DNA from: a virus | Taxonomy: Duplodnaviria; Heunggongvirae; Uroviricota; Caudoviricetes | Direction: 5' to 3' (one strand) | Length of the DNA stretch: 64,000 bases | IMG/VR virus record: IMGVR_UViG_3300026549_000001 | Span: 58,569-122,568 of that record | Shown here: positions 8,405-16,830 of the stretch, piece by piece | Position numbering within the stretch: the first letter of the stretch is position 1 | Layout of the letters: each line of letters starts with the position of its first letter | Program-made: the position numbers and the translations under genes | The notes under the pieces: generated by a model | Databases searched by the model: none | Told to the model about the DNA's origin: nothing | The model's input: only the letters and a program-made list of their open reading frames with translations

Positions 8405-8998
8405 TCAGTCGGACTCCATAGAGAATAGGTCAGCGACAACCTTCAGGTCTCTACATCTTGTTAAATCCATAGATTGAATTGTAACGGAAATAGTTCTGCT
8501 GTCAGATTCAATGTTTACTACATCAAAATATTTTCCTTCTAATCTGTCCAATGCTTTTCTCCATATATGAGCGGAATATGTACCCATAATAAAGTTATCA
8601 ATACAATTAAATATAGATATTTTTTGTTTGGCGTTAATATTTTGCTCGATTACCGCTCGTAAGCTACAAATGACAGGTAACATTTCAGGCGCATACGCAT
8701 TGGGGTTTTTTACCCATTTTTTATAAAATTCTTCCAATGCTGTTATACATTCTTCATTATAAGGATAATCTATATTATTCGTTACAAGATAATGCAACCA
8801 AGCTCTAAAAAATTCAAACAAATTAGAGGGTTGACAACTCCAATTTTGTGGCTTATATACAGGATTATCGTTTTGATGGTCTTTTAGATATTGTGGCAGA
8901 TATGCCCCTTTGACAAAATTCCACCCTGCTCCATAACTTTCATTATCTATCATAACTTCCCACACCATAGTTTCTAATATCACATCGAAAGTAAGCAT
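8405..8998 (-). CDS. hypothetical protein
   Basis: 197-aa ORF, GAGG RBS. Confidence 0.55.
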   Translation of the reverse strand: MLTFDVILETMVWEVMIDNESYGAGWNFVKGAYLPQYLKDHQNDNPVYKPQNWSCQPSNLFEFFRAWLHYLVTNNIDYPYNEECITALEEFYKKWVKNPNAYAPEMLPVICSLRAVIEQNINAKQKISIFNCIDNFIMGTYSAHIWRKALDRLEGKYFDVVNIESDSRTISVTIQSMDLTRCRDLKVVADLFSMESD

Positions 8999-9019
8999 AT
9001 CTTAATCCTCTTTAATTAT

Positions 9020-9709
9020 TTATTTTGAATAAAATACTAATGGCAACATTCCGTCTGAAATTGTCATTACCATATCAGCATTATCATTTTGAGTAGTTAT
9101 CTCATTTAAAGATAGACTATTTTCTGTAAGGGAAACATTAAATACTTGTGCTACTGTTTCATCATCTATATTATAAAAAGATAATACATTGTTTTCAAAA
9201 GTATATGTTCCATTGTATTCCCATACTATTTCTTCAAGCAATTCATCTTTTGTTTGTTGTTTAAAAGCATCAAAAGATTCTATTTCTAATACTTCACATA
9301 ATTTTTCATCTGTGATTTCTTCTCCATCCTCAACACCCATTACCGCCATCTGTTTTAGGAAAGCAAGTATTATATCTACATACTTATCCATTGCGGTCAT
9401 ATATGATTCTTTATCCGCTATTCTTACATAAGTTCCATCTTCATTAAATTTATAACTAATGGTTATATTTATAGGTTCTCCGTCATAAGATGGAAAATCT
9501 GCTTCTGCAAGAGAATCCATTAGATTAACAGTTGTTTGCCAATCCTTAACTATTGTAATAACAGGTTCAGGTGTGTTTGTTGGTGCTTCTGTTGGAGCAA
9601 CCGTAGGTGTTTCTTTTGGTACGGGTGTTGGATTGTTATTGTTAGATGTGCAAGCCAATATTGAAATACACATAATAAAACAAACTATTGCTATGATTAT
9701 TTTTTTCAC
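9020..9709 (-). CDS. lipoprotein with Pro/Thr-rich linker
   Basis: MKK-hydrophobic-ILAC lipobox, PTPVPKETPT linker. Confidence 0.75.
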   Translation of the reverse strand: MKKIIIAIVCFIMCISILACTSNNNNPTPVPKETPTVAPTEAPTNTPEPVITIVKDWQTTVNLMDSLAEADFPSYDGEPINITISYKFNEDGTYVRIADKESYMTAMDKYVDIILAFLKQMAVMGVEDGEEITDEKLCEVLEIESFDAFKQQTKDELLEEIVWEYNGTYTFENNVLSFYNIDDETVAQVFNVSLTENSLSLNEITTQNDNADMVMTISDGMLPLVFYSK

Positions 9710-9740
9710 TTTATAGTTTCCTTTCTTACTTATAATATAA

Positions 9741-10214
9741 TCAATCTGGAATTGCTTTCATTTCATAATTCCAAAACTGTAAAATAATATCTATTAAATA
9801 TGCCTTAATACTTTCTTCTGTTTCATCAAATAGCCCATCGCATATATCGCCAAAATCGCCTACAAACTCTCCGTTTTTAGTTAATAGAGTCTCACACCAA
9901 TTATTCTCCCAAATTGTAATATTATATCTATCAAAATATTCTCCCCAATTTTCTGGGTTTCTAAAAATCTCTACTAATTCTTTTGGAAATTCAGAAGCCC
10001 TATAGTAGTTTCTTCCATTATAGGCAACTCGCACCTCACCTCGAACATCTATAACAGCCATTTCTTCTTCATTGGAGCATTTCGGTATTTTGTAGGTTAG
10101 AGTGACTAATGTTGTTCCACTATCGCAAAGCATAGAATCAATACTTGCTTTTTTAATTTCTTCCACATCATATTCAAGATGTACTATTTCTATATCTTCT
10201 ATGGTAATCTTCAT
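9741..10214 (-). CDS. hypothetical protein
   Basis: 157-aa acidic ORF, AAGGA RBS. Confidence 0.55.
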   Translation of the reverse strand: MKITIEDIEIVHLEYDVEEIKKASIDSMLCDSGTTLVTLTYKIPKCSNEEEMAVIDVRGEVRVAYNGRNYYRASEFPKELVEIFRNPENWGEYFDRYNITIWENNWCETLLTKNGEFVGDFGDICDGLFDETEESIKAYLIDIILQFWNYEMKAIPD

Positions 10215-10363
10215 TGGTATACTTCCTTATTATTAAATAAACTAATTCTCAATACGGTTAAAGATACAACAAATGTATCTATTCGGGAACAGATTGACCT
10301 TTCATCCGAAACTACAATTTTCAAAAATTTCAAAAAATTGAGAAAAATGAAAGTTAAAAATAA

Positions 10364-10412
10364 CCACAATATATAGTGGTTTTATAAAACAGCTAACCAC
10401 TATATATGGTAG
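10364..10412. promoter_or_regulatory. tandem NrdR-box-like pair 1
   Basis: CCACAATATATAGTGG (10364-10379) and CCACTATATATGGTAG (10397-10412), starts 33 bp apart. Confidence 0.6.
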
Positions 10413-10524
10413 AAAATTAGGTAAAAAACACTAAAAGTGCCATTTTTGAGCAACTTTTTTACTTTTATGAGTATTTATACATCCTATGCTCGTTTTTGCC
10501 CTTTTTTGACTACTGTACTTTTCA

Positions 10525-10573
10525 CCACAATATATAGTTATTGTATTTGCTATTTTAATACTATATATTGTGT
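10525..10573. promoter_or_regulatory. tandem NrdR-box-like pair 2
   Basis: CCACAATATATAGTTA (10525-10540) and ATACTATATATTGTGT (10558-10573), starts 33 bp apart. Confidence 0.6.
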
Positions 10574-10579
10574 AGTAAA

Positions 10580-10915
10580 TTAATCATTAAGATAAATACT
10601 TATAATTTTATAGTCACCAAACTCGCCCTCTATCCCATAATCATGGTCATAAAAAGGAAGATAATTCCGACTCGCAAAATTGTTTACTCGTTCTTCCGTT
10701 ACTTCTCTATCTGGGAATATTTGTTTATATTTTTCTACAATGTCTTCATAAGTTAATATTTGCACTTCTTCAGGAGGGTAAAAGCATTCGTTTGATAACT
10801 TTAGACAATTTCTTTCATCTTCTGCCCACTTTGCATATTGAGATTTAGTCATTACTACAAGAGAGTGGGTTGATGAACTATTAGTTTCAAATGTTCCTAT
10901 ACGCACATTTATCAT
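10580..10915 (-). CDS. hypothetical protein of FETNSSSTHS motif family, paralog of 24330..24617
   Basis: MINVRIGTFETNSSSTHSLVV. Confidence 0.7.
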   Translation of the reverse strand: MINVRIGTFETNSSSTHSLVVMTKSQYAKWAEDERNCLKLSNECFYPPEEVQILTYEDIVEKYKQIFPDREVTEERVNNFASRNYLPFYDHDYGIEGEFGDYKIISIYLND

Positions 10916-11080
10916 TTTTTTTCATCCTTATTTTTCTTATTTGCTTATACGCTTATTTTTTTCTTATATTCTCATTATACATTTTTTTTCTTATATAATA
11001 ATATTATTATTTATGCTTCATACTATATTCATTATTCATTATTCATTAGTTAATCTATTGATATTATTATATATAGTACC

Positions 11081-11342
11081 CCAATAATAGGGGGGAGATG
11101 TTTTACTTAAACAAAAATACTTACAATTTACACAGACAAAAAGGAATAGAAAAAAGGCGAATTTGCAAAAAATTTCACACCATAATATTCTATAATAATA
11201 TTCTTATAACATCACAATTGGCATATTCACTTCGTTCATATACACAATTGATGATGTTCAATGTTCTTCGCTATGCTTGAACATTGGTAAAGTTATAATT
11301 TATTATTTATATTTATTTATACTATACCAATAATAGGGGGGA
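11081..11342. repeat. 16-bp direct repeat CCAATAATAGGGGGGA (two copies) in an AT-rich non-coding region
   Basis: identical copies at 11081-11096 and 11327-11342. Confidence 0.75.
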
Positions 11343-11477
11343 ATTCTTTTTCCTTTATTTATAAGCATTTTTTCTATGTATCTATGTAAACTATGTCAAA
11401 GTTGTGTCATTTGTGTCAAACCCGTGAAGATTGTAGCGAAAATATGTATATATTAAAGTCACCTATACTATGAAGTA

Positions 11478-11702
11478 TTATCTTTCCCCAGTCCACTTGG
11501 AAACTAATATCTTATGGTTAGGTGAATGCGGAAAATAATATGTGAAATTTGATGGTGTAAGCTCTCCACCAAAGGTTGACTTGTGTTTAGTTGTACTGTG
11601 TCTATAAGGGTTATATCTTACATATTTCTTTCGACTATTAAGAAGATTATCATAGTCGTAATTGTCTAACTCAATCATTTCTTCCCAAGTTTTAATATTC
11701 AT
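11478..11702 (-). CDS. small hypothetical protein
   Basis: 74-aa ORF ending a gene run. Confidence 0.45.
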   Translation of the reverse strand: MNIKTWEEMIELDNYDYDNLLNSRKKYVRYNPYRHSTTKHKSTFGGELTPSNFTYYFPHSPNHKILVSKWTGER

Positions 11703-11707
11703 AATAA

Positions 11708-12028
11708 TTAGTCGGTTGTACGATAATAGTAAGACAGTTCTTCACCTTTTAGGGTGGAGGTTGCATAATTGGCTGTACTATTATACAGTTTATTATAAAG
11801 CTCTGCATAGGTTTCATTGACTTCATTATGTTCCCAAATTTTCCAATTAAGAGCCATAACAAGTTCGGTTAAAACTTTATAGTCTGTTTTTGCATAAGCC
11901 ATTGCGTTTTTATGTGTGTCCTCTATTGCCTTAATACCAAAAGCATCGGCAATAGAAAAATCCATATAAAAAGTTGTTATGGGCTTATACCCTGTCATAG
12001 CTTCTATATTCCAATCTTTATATTTCAT
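11708..12028 (-). CDS. hypothetical protein
   Basis: 106-aa ORF, translationally coupled to upstream ORF. Confidence 0.6.
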   Translation of the reverse strand: MKYKDWNIEAMTGYKPITTFYMDFSIADAFGIKAIEDTHKNAMAYAKTDYKVLTELVMALNWKIWEHNEVNETYAELYNKLYNSTANYATSTLKGEELSYYYRTTD

Positions 12029-12240
12029 TATAGATAACCCCCATCTACTAAATCTTTAATATCTATTTCTCCTAAATAAGTATCAAATTCATTTACTATT
12101 CTCAAATGAACTATATCCCCGTTTTGTAAGATTTCATATAGTCCAAATTTTTTCAAAAAATCTGCATATATTTGCGGATTCTCCTCAATCCAACACATAA
12201 GCCTGTCAATATCTATATCTTTAGGTATATTGTGCATCAT
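12028..12240 (-). CDS. small hypothetical protein
   Basis: 70-aa ORF, GAGGG RBS. Confidence 0.5.
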   Translation of the reverse strand: MMHNIPKDIDIDRLMCWIEENPQIYADFLKKFGLYEILQNGDIVHLRIVNEFDTYLGEIDIKDLVDGGYL

Positions 12241-12253
12241 ATATATCCCTCAT

Positions 12254-12781
12254 TTATATACTTAATTCTCCAAAAGTATTTAGCAAGAAAGCCACTCCTT
12301 CTAATGGAACCCAGTAATGAACATCATCAATTTTTTGGCTTTCTTCTTCTATGGTAAATCTTTTAACAAAGACTTCCCTGTATGTTCCATCCTTAAATGT
12401 TATTTGATAACATTCAAAATGGTCTTGACTAATATCTATAACTTCCTGAAAAGCAGAATCATCAATACCACCAATTACATAAGAATAAACTAATTTTTTT
12501 TGTAAATCATCTACATATCCTAATATTTCACAAGATATATTTTCTCTCAAAGGAATTTTCCCCTGTGAACAATAATGCTCCACATAATCTTTTGCTTCTT
12601 GGGGAAACGCAGAAATATCTACCTCTATAAGATGGTCTTTTGAAGCTATCAATGATTTTTCTATTCCATCATTATCTATATAAACTAACTTATAGCAATC
12701 GTATAGATGTGTTTGATGGCGTTGTGTAACCTCTGAACCATCTTTAAATTTATGCTTTCTTTTAACATCTTTCCATTTCAT
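12254..12781 (-). CDS. free-standing intein (Hint) middle fragment, no exteins
   Basis: MKWKDVKRKHKFKDGSEV (post-block A), CYKLVY...KSLIASKDHLIEV (block B His); no block A, F or G; start at ATG 12781 with AAGGA RBS. Confidence 0.7.
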   Translation of the reverse strand: MKWKDVKRKHKFKDGSEVTQRHQTHLYDCYKLVYIDNDGIEKSLIASKDHLIEVDISAFPQEAKDYVEHYCSQGKIPLRENISCEILGYVDDLQKKLVYSYVIGGIDDSAFQEVIDISQDHFECYQITFKDGTYREVFVKRFTIEEESQKIDDVHYWVPLEGVAFLLNTFGELSI

Positions 12782-12829
12782 AAAAAAACATTCCTTCAAT
12801 TGTGTATATTTCAAATCTCCTTGCATATA

Positions 12830-12858
12830 ATAATACCAACAGCGAGAAAAACGCTTAA
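12830..12858 (-). promoter_or_regulatory. putative promoter for the intein middle-fragment gene
   Basis: minus strand TTAAGC-17 bp-TATTAT with extended -10 TG. Confidence 0.4.
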
Positions 12859-12882
12859 TAATTATAAAGGAGATTTTATAGT

Positions 12883-13089
12883 ATGAAAATCAATGGTATT
12901 CACACGGAGCAGGGACAAATCCTCTATTATAGGCTTGACAATGGGAGAATTGTTACACCCAATGAGTGCATAGACCTTATACGAGAGGGTTCTATTGAAA
13001 ATGGCACATTGAGCAAGAGTAAGAAAGGATTGGTGTTCATTAAGAATAAGCACCGTAACTCTAAACTTACTGATTTTGAAGCCTTTTAA
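12883..13089 (+). CDS. small DUF3892-like protein (only credible plus-strand gene)
   Basis: AAAGGAG RBS; YRLDNGRIVTPNECIDLIREGSI...G..FIKN; followed by terminator. Confidence 0.6.
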   Translation: MKINGIHTEQGQILYYRLDNGRIVTPNECIDLIREGSIENGTLSKSKKGLVFIKNKHRNSKLTDFEAF

Positions 13090-13091
13090 GT

Positions 13092-13117
13092 ATAAGGGGG
13101 AAAACGCTCCCCCTTAT
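13092..13117. terminator. intrinsic terminator between convergent genes
   Basis: ATAAGGGGG-8 nt-CCCCCTTAT followed by T-run. Confidence 0.8.
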
Positions 13118-13129
13118 TTTTATATGTAA

Positions 13130-13753
13130 TTATTGTTGTTCTCCACGCACAAACACTTTCCATTCAGTTGCAAACGGAGTTACACAAGTTGCGTGAAATA
13201 TAACATCGTTAAACTGTTTGCGTAATTTATAATATATCGGGTTTGGGGAATCGGTTTGTCCATATAAACCTGTTTCGTATTCTGTATCGGATAAAGCAAC
13301 AAACCCATGCTTTTTAAGAATATCCTCTGATAAAAACACATTTAATCTCTCACACGGAGCTTCTAACAAATATGCTATATATACATCGGCATCCTTAACC
13401 GCACAGTCCGAGCAATATATTTCACCCTCTGTCGGCTCGAAGTAATTTCTTCTCCAGTCAGCCATATACATTGGGGTAATACGCCTACACCCATCGCAAA
13501 TATAAGCCTCGTCTGAATAATAAAAAGCATCAGCTATATAATATATAAAGGCACATTGACTTTTTAATTTGGTATCATAATCTTCTTGTGTGATATAAGA
13601 ATTAGCTAATAATATTTCTCCTATTTTTGAATTAACTTGTTCCATATCTTCTACAGATTGAAATAACATTGCCATTTGTCCATAGCTGTCTTTCCTATAT
13701 TCATAATAACAATTTGTGGCTTCTTGTAATTCTTTTAATACAGTAGCTACCAT
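13130..13753 (-). CDS. hypothetical protein with CxxC...CxxC
   Basis: CDGC and CSDC; GAGG RBS. Confidence 0.6.
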   Translation of the reverse strand: MVATVLKELQEATNCYYEYRKDSYGQMAMLFQSVEDMEQVNSKIGEILLANSYITQEDYDTKLKSQCAFIYYIADAFYYSDEAYICDGCRRITPMYMADWRRNYFEPTEGEIYCSDCAVKDADVYIAYLLEAPCERLNVFLSEDILKKHGFVALSDTEYETGLYGQTDSPNPIYYKLRKQFNDVIFHATCVTPFATEWKVFVRGEQQ

Positions 13754-13765
13754 TTATTACCTCTT

Positions 13766-14281
13766 TTAAGAAATAGATGCAGTTATAGTGTCTGCCCAAC
13801 TTACTACGGAGTCAAAGTCAGATTCTTCAAGGTCATCGTATTCGTCTACTGTTAATCCGATAACATAGGTAATAGAACCCGTAGGAACATCATGAGAAGA
13901 TTCACACAACTTTATACATTTGTTAGTATTGGATATTACGGAAAAACTAACCTCATAGCCTCTCTCAAAGGCTTTTCCAATTGTGTCCACTATTTTATAT
14001 CCACTTGCACCGTTCCATCTGCAACCGTGAGCCATAACAAGATAATGGGGAAATTTATCTATGAGTGTTTCTACATAATATTCAAACTCATCTTTCATAA
14101 ATTCGCTACTATCCCAATGAACATATTTATCGGGTATGTCAAACTTATAAATAGTGGCAAGGTCAACAGACATACCATCTTCTACATCATCATACCCAAT
14201 ATCAGCAAACATCTTTTTTACATTTTCATCATCCCCGTTTTCTACATATACATAAGTAAACATATCAAACAAGTTATCCAT
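13766..14281 (-). CDS. hypothetical protein
   Basis: 171-aa acidic ORF, AGGAG RBS. Confidence 0.6.
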   Translation of the reverse strand: MDNLFDMFTYVYVENGDDENVKKMFADIGYDDVEDGMSVDLATIYKFDIPDKYVHWDSSEFMKDEFEYYVETLIDKFPHYLVMAHGCRWNGASGYKIVDTIGKAFERGYEVSFSVISNTNKCIKLCESSHDVPTGSITYVIGLTVDEYDDLEESDFDSVVSWADTITASIS

Positions 14282-14298
14282 AACAATTCTTCTCCTAA

Positions 14299-15600
14299 TT
14301 ATTCAATAATTTGTTCTATATAAATGGCTTTACCTCCACCCGTATTACGAGTATAGAGGGCTTTATATGGATATATATTTCCACCACTCCATAATGGCTC
14401 TTGTGTGTCGGTAATTAAAAATAAATGATTTTCGGAATTAACCTTGATACATCTTACTGGCTCAATAGACACTTCATCTTTTGCTATTAATCCATAACTC
14501 TCTAATATATTGTTGGTGCTTCCAAGAACTCTGTCTGTGTATAATTTCAATTCTTCTGCGGAAGTTTCAGCATACCCTACATTTAGTTTGCGTTTATTTT
14601 TAAAGGTTTCAGCAGATTTTAATTCTTTGGGGAATTTATGTATTTTATCAGAAATTACATTTATTGTATTCAGACCTGATGCAAAGGTAAGACTATAAAC
14701 TTTATCGGGAATTAGTATATCATGTACTTCCACAACCTTGACTGGTTTATTGTTTATATCAAATACCATATCGCCCACTTCAATAGTAGCCATTGTTTTA
14801 TATCCTTTTGTAGTAGGAATAACAGTATTTAATCCTAATGGCGCACCACTAATAAGACTTTGTGGCTGTCGAGGTAAAGTAGTATCTTCAGGAATATAAT
14901 TACCTTTTTCATCTTTATATTGACTATGGTATCTTCTACTTTTAGGAACAGCATCAATTACCCAAGACACTTCACCTTTACCAGAAATACCCAATGGCAT
15001 CTCTCTAAAGTGTTTTAACCAACTACCCGCCCAACGAGCCATATTCGGGGGTTTATCGTTTCCTACAAAGGTCATATATCTTTCTTCAAGATGTAACTCA
15101 TATCCCCAAGTGAAATTTGGTAAGAAAGAATTAAGCTGTTGAAGAATAATAGATAATACTTTTTCATCAAATGAAGTAGGTTCAACTTCTACATCTATTT
15201 TATTGATATTACCATACTTATAGCCTAACTTGAAAGGTACTTTATTATAATCTAACCCCTCACCTTTCTTGTCAACCATTTTTTGTAGGATTTCATATAC
15301 TTGTTGAATCTCTTTTCTTTGTTCTTCAACTTTAGATTTTTTGATAGTCATAAAGACCATCATAATAATAAGGGAAATAACAGCGTAGCCTAATACAATA
15401 CCCCAATAAGCACTTTTTAGAGGACTTATTTTAGGAACTAATATTTGAGCAATTATCCCCACAAGAAAAAGAACAGCTAAAATAATACTATCTCTTTTTG
15501 AAAAAGAATAGCTTTCTTCCACTTCGTCAGAAATGCCTAATATTTTATTAGCGGCAAATTGTGATATTGCTACTATTATAAAATATATTAGTATAAACAC
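14299..15600 (-). CDS. FtsK/TcpA-like ATPase fragment 1: membrane anchor, start of Walker A, cis mini-intein, 9-aa split-intein N-tag
   Basis: three hydrophobic N-terminal segments; PLGISGKGEVSW...PQSLISGA|intein|TGGGK|AIYIEQIIE-stop; GTG start with AGGAGG. Confidence 0.9.
   Translation of the reverse strand: MFILIYFIIVAISQFAANKILGISDEVEESYSFSKRDSIILAVLFLVGIIAQILVPKISPLKSAYWGIVLGYAVISLIIMMVFMTIKKSKVEEQRKEIQQVYEILQKMVDKKGEGLDYNKVPFKLGYKYGNINKIDVEVEPTSFDEKVLSIILQQLNSFLPNFTWGYELHLEERYMTFVGNDKPPNMARWAGSWLKHFREMPLGISGKGEVSWVIDAVPKSRRYHSQYKDEKGNYIPEDTTLPRQPQSLISGAPLGLNTVIPTTKGYKTMATIEVGDMVFDINNKPVKVVEVHDILIPDKVYSLTFASGLNTINVISDKIHKFPKELKSAETFKNKRKLNVGYAETSAEELKLYTDRVLGSTNNILESYGLIAKDEVSIEPVRCIKVNSENHLFLITDTQEPLWSGGNIYPYKALYTRNTGGGKAIYIEQIIE
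14302..14328 (-). other. 9-aa intein N-fragment AIYIEQIIE
   Basis: directly follows the Walker A Lys, at the same GK| site as the Ala-starting intein in the VirD4-like gene; block-A-like hydrophobic pattern. Confidence 0.7.
14344..14841 (-). other. cis class-3 mini-intein (166 aa) inside Walker A
   Basis: starts PLGLNTVIPTTKGYKTMATIEVGD, block B SDKIHKF, block F EPVRCIKV, ends YTRN before +1 Thr; removal gives GA|TGGGK. Confidence 0.9.
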
Positions 15601-15627
15601 TTAATTTCCCTCCTTTGTATGTTTACA

Positions 15628-16815
15628 TTACCATTTGTTTACCATACTATTTGTTGTCGAGTTTGTGAAATTGTTTGTTATATTATAATCTGTGGAAATA
15701 TAATATTTTGTATCTTCTTTTTCTAATATGACAAAGGTAAACACTTTTGAATCTTCATTCTTGCTATAAGGTTTATCCCAAGTGTATCTTGTTTTAGCAT
15801 AAATAGCAATAGAATCATCTCCTGTGATAACAATGTCATAGTTATCAGCTAATTCAATATCAGCTATCTTCAAATTGCTTACGGTATTATTCCAAGTACA
15901 TATACCTTTTATTGCGGCTTGTATATCTTGAATATCAGTAGGTGAAATATCTTCAACAAAATATTTAGCCCATTCGCTAATTGTTAAATCTTGTGCATCG
16001 TATAACTGAAATAGTGCGTTAAAATTATCTTTAACAGCGGTTAATGCTTCTGCAATAAAATCAGCATCAGTTATAGATGGGCAAATGGTATATTTTGCTA
16101 ATTTAGTATCTTCATCGGTAGTAGGAGTAACCTCTACTTCAAATGCACCAAATTCTGTTTCTACTGTTGCTTTAAGTATTCTTTTAGGAATAGTTAAGGT
16201 GTAAACCACTCTACCCATAGATACCTCTTTGGGTTTGAATTGTTCATCAAGTTTTACACCATTAAATGTAATATCACAATCTTTTGGTGCAAGAATAGTA
16301 ACATCTTTTTCATAGAAATCAGAATAATCTATATACCAATTATCATCATCAGCTAATACAGTATATACAGTAATACTTTGTCCATTTATAATTAAGTCTG
16401 CATTAGCTTTTCCACTATTCTCGTTAAAGTTAGTAATTTCTATTGTTCCGTTATTAATAAACTCACTAAAGGTACTTCTCTTAAAATGATAAGATAAATC
16501 CTCAAGAGTTACAACAGAATTTGTAGGTAACAATAAAACAGTATTTAGGGCTTCATAGTTTTCAGTTTCTAATGCCCTTGCAAAGTGTTCAATAGCCTTA
16601 TAACTTAATTTATTGATATAAGGGGCTTCTGTTATAACATCAACCTCTGTAGTTGTTTCTACCTCTGCTGTTGGAGTAGGTATTGTTGTAGGACTTATAT
16701 ACGGAGTTTCTACAACAGGGGGAACAGTATTATTTTTAGGTTCTGCGGGTTTAGGATTGCAAGCCATTAAGGAAGCAATAACTACGCAGGGTATTATCAT
16801 TGTTATTTTTTTCAT
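15628..16815 (-). CDS. lipoprotein with Pro/Thr-rich linker
   Basis: SLMAC lipobox, TPYISPTTIPTPT. Confidence 0.75.
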   Translation of the reverse strand: MKKITMIIPCVVIASLMACNPKPAEPKNNTVPPVVETPYISPTTIPTPTAEVETTTEVDVITEAPYINKLSYKAIEHFARALETENYEALNTVLLLPTNSVVTLEDLSYHFKRSTFSEFINNGTIEITNFNENSGKANADLIINGQSITVYTVLADDDNWYIDYSDFYEKDVTILAPKDCDITFNGVKLDEQFKPKEVSMGRVVYTLTIPKRILKATVETEFGAFEVEVTPTTDEDTKLAKYTICPSITDADFIAEALTAVKDNFNALFQLYDAQDLTISEWAKYFVEDISPTDIQDIQAAIKGICTWNNTVSNLKIADIELADNYDIVITGDDSIAIYAKTRYTWDKPYSKNEDSKVFTFVILEKEDTKYYISTDYNITNNFTNSTTNSMVNKW

Positions 16816-16830
16816 TTCAACATTCTTTCC

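Noticed and set aside
10364-11342. Repeats as a CRISPR array
   Set aside because: Too few, too short and irregularly spaced; no cas genes.
2002-15600. Reading the FtsK pieces as a decayed pseudogene
   Set aside because: Each piece has an RBS and an intact frame, the catalytic motifs are preserved, and breaks fall at intein-tolerant positions. Decay is not formally excluded without experiments.
2002-15600. Group I/II introns or programmed DNA excision joining the pieces
   Set aside because: No intron core, reverse transcriptase, recombinase or flanking direct repeats were recognised at the junctions, and protein-splicing motifs explain most of them.
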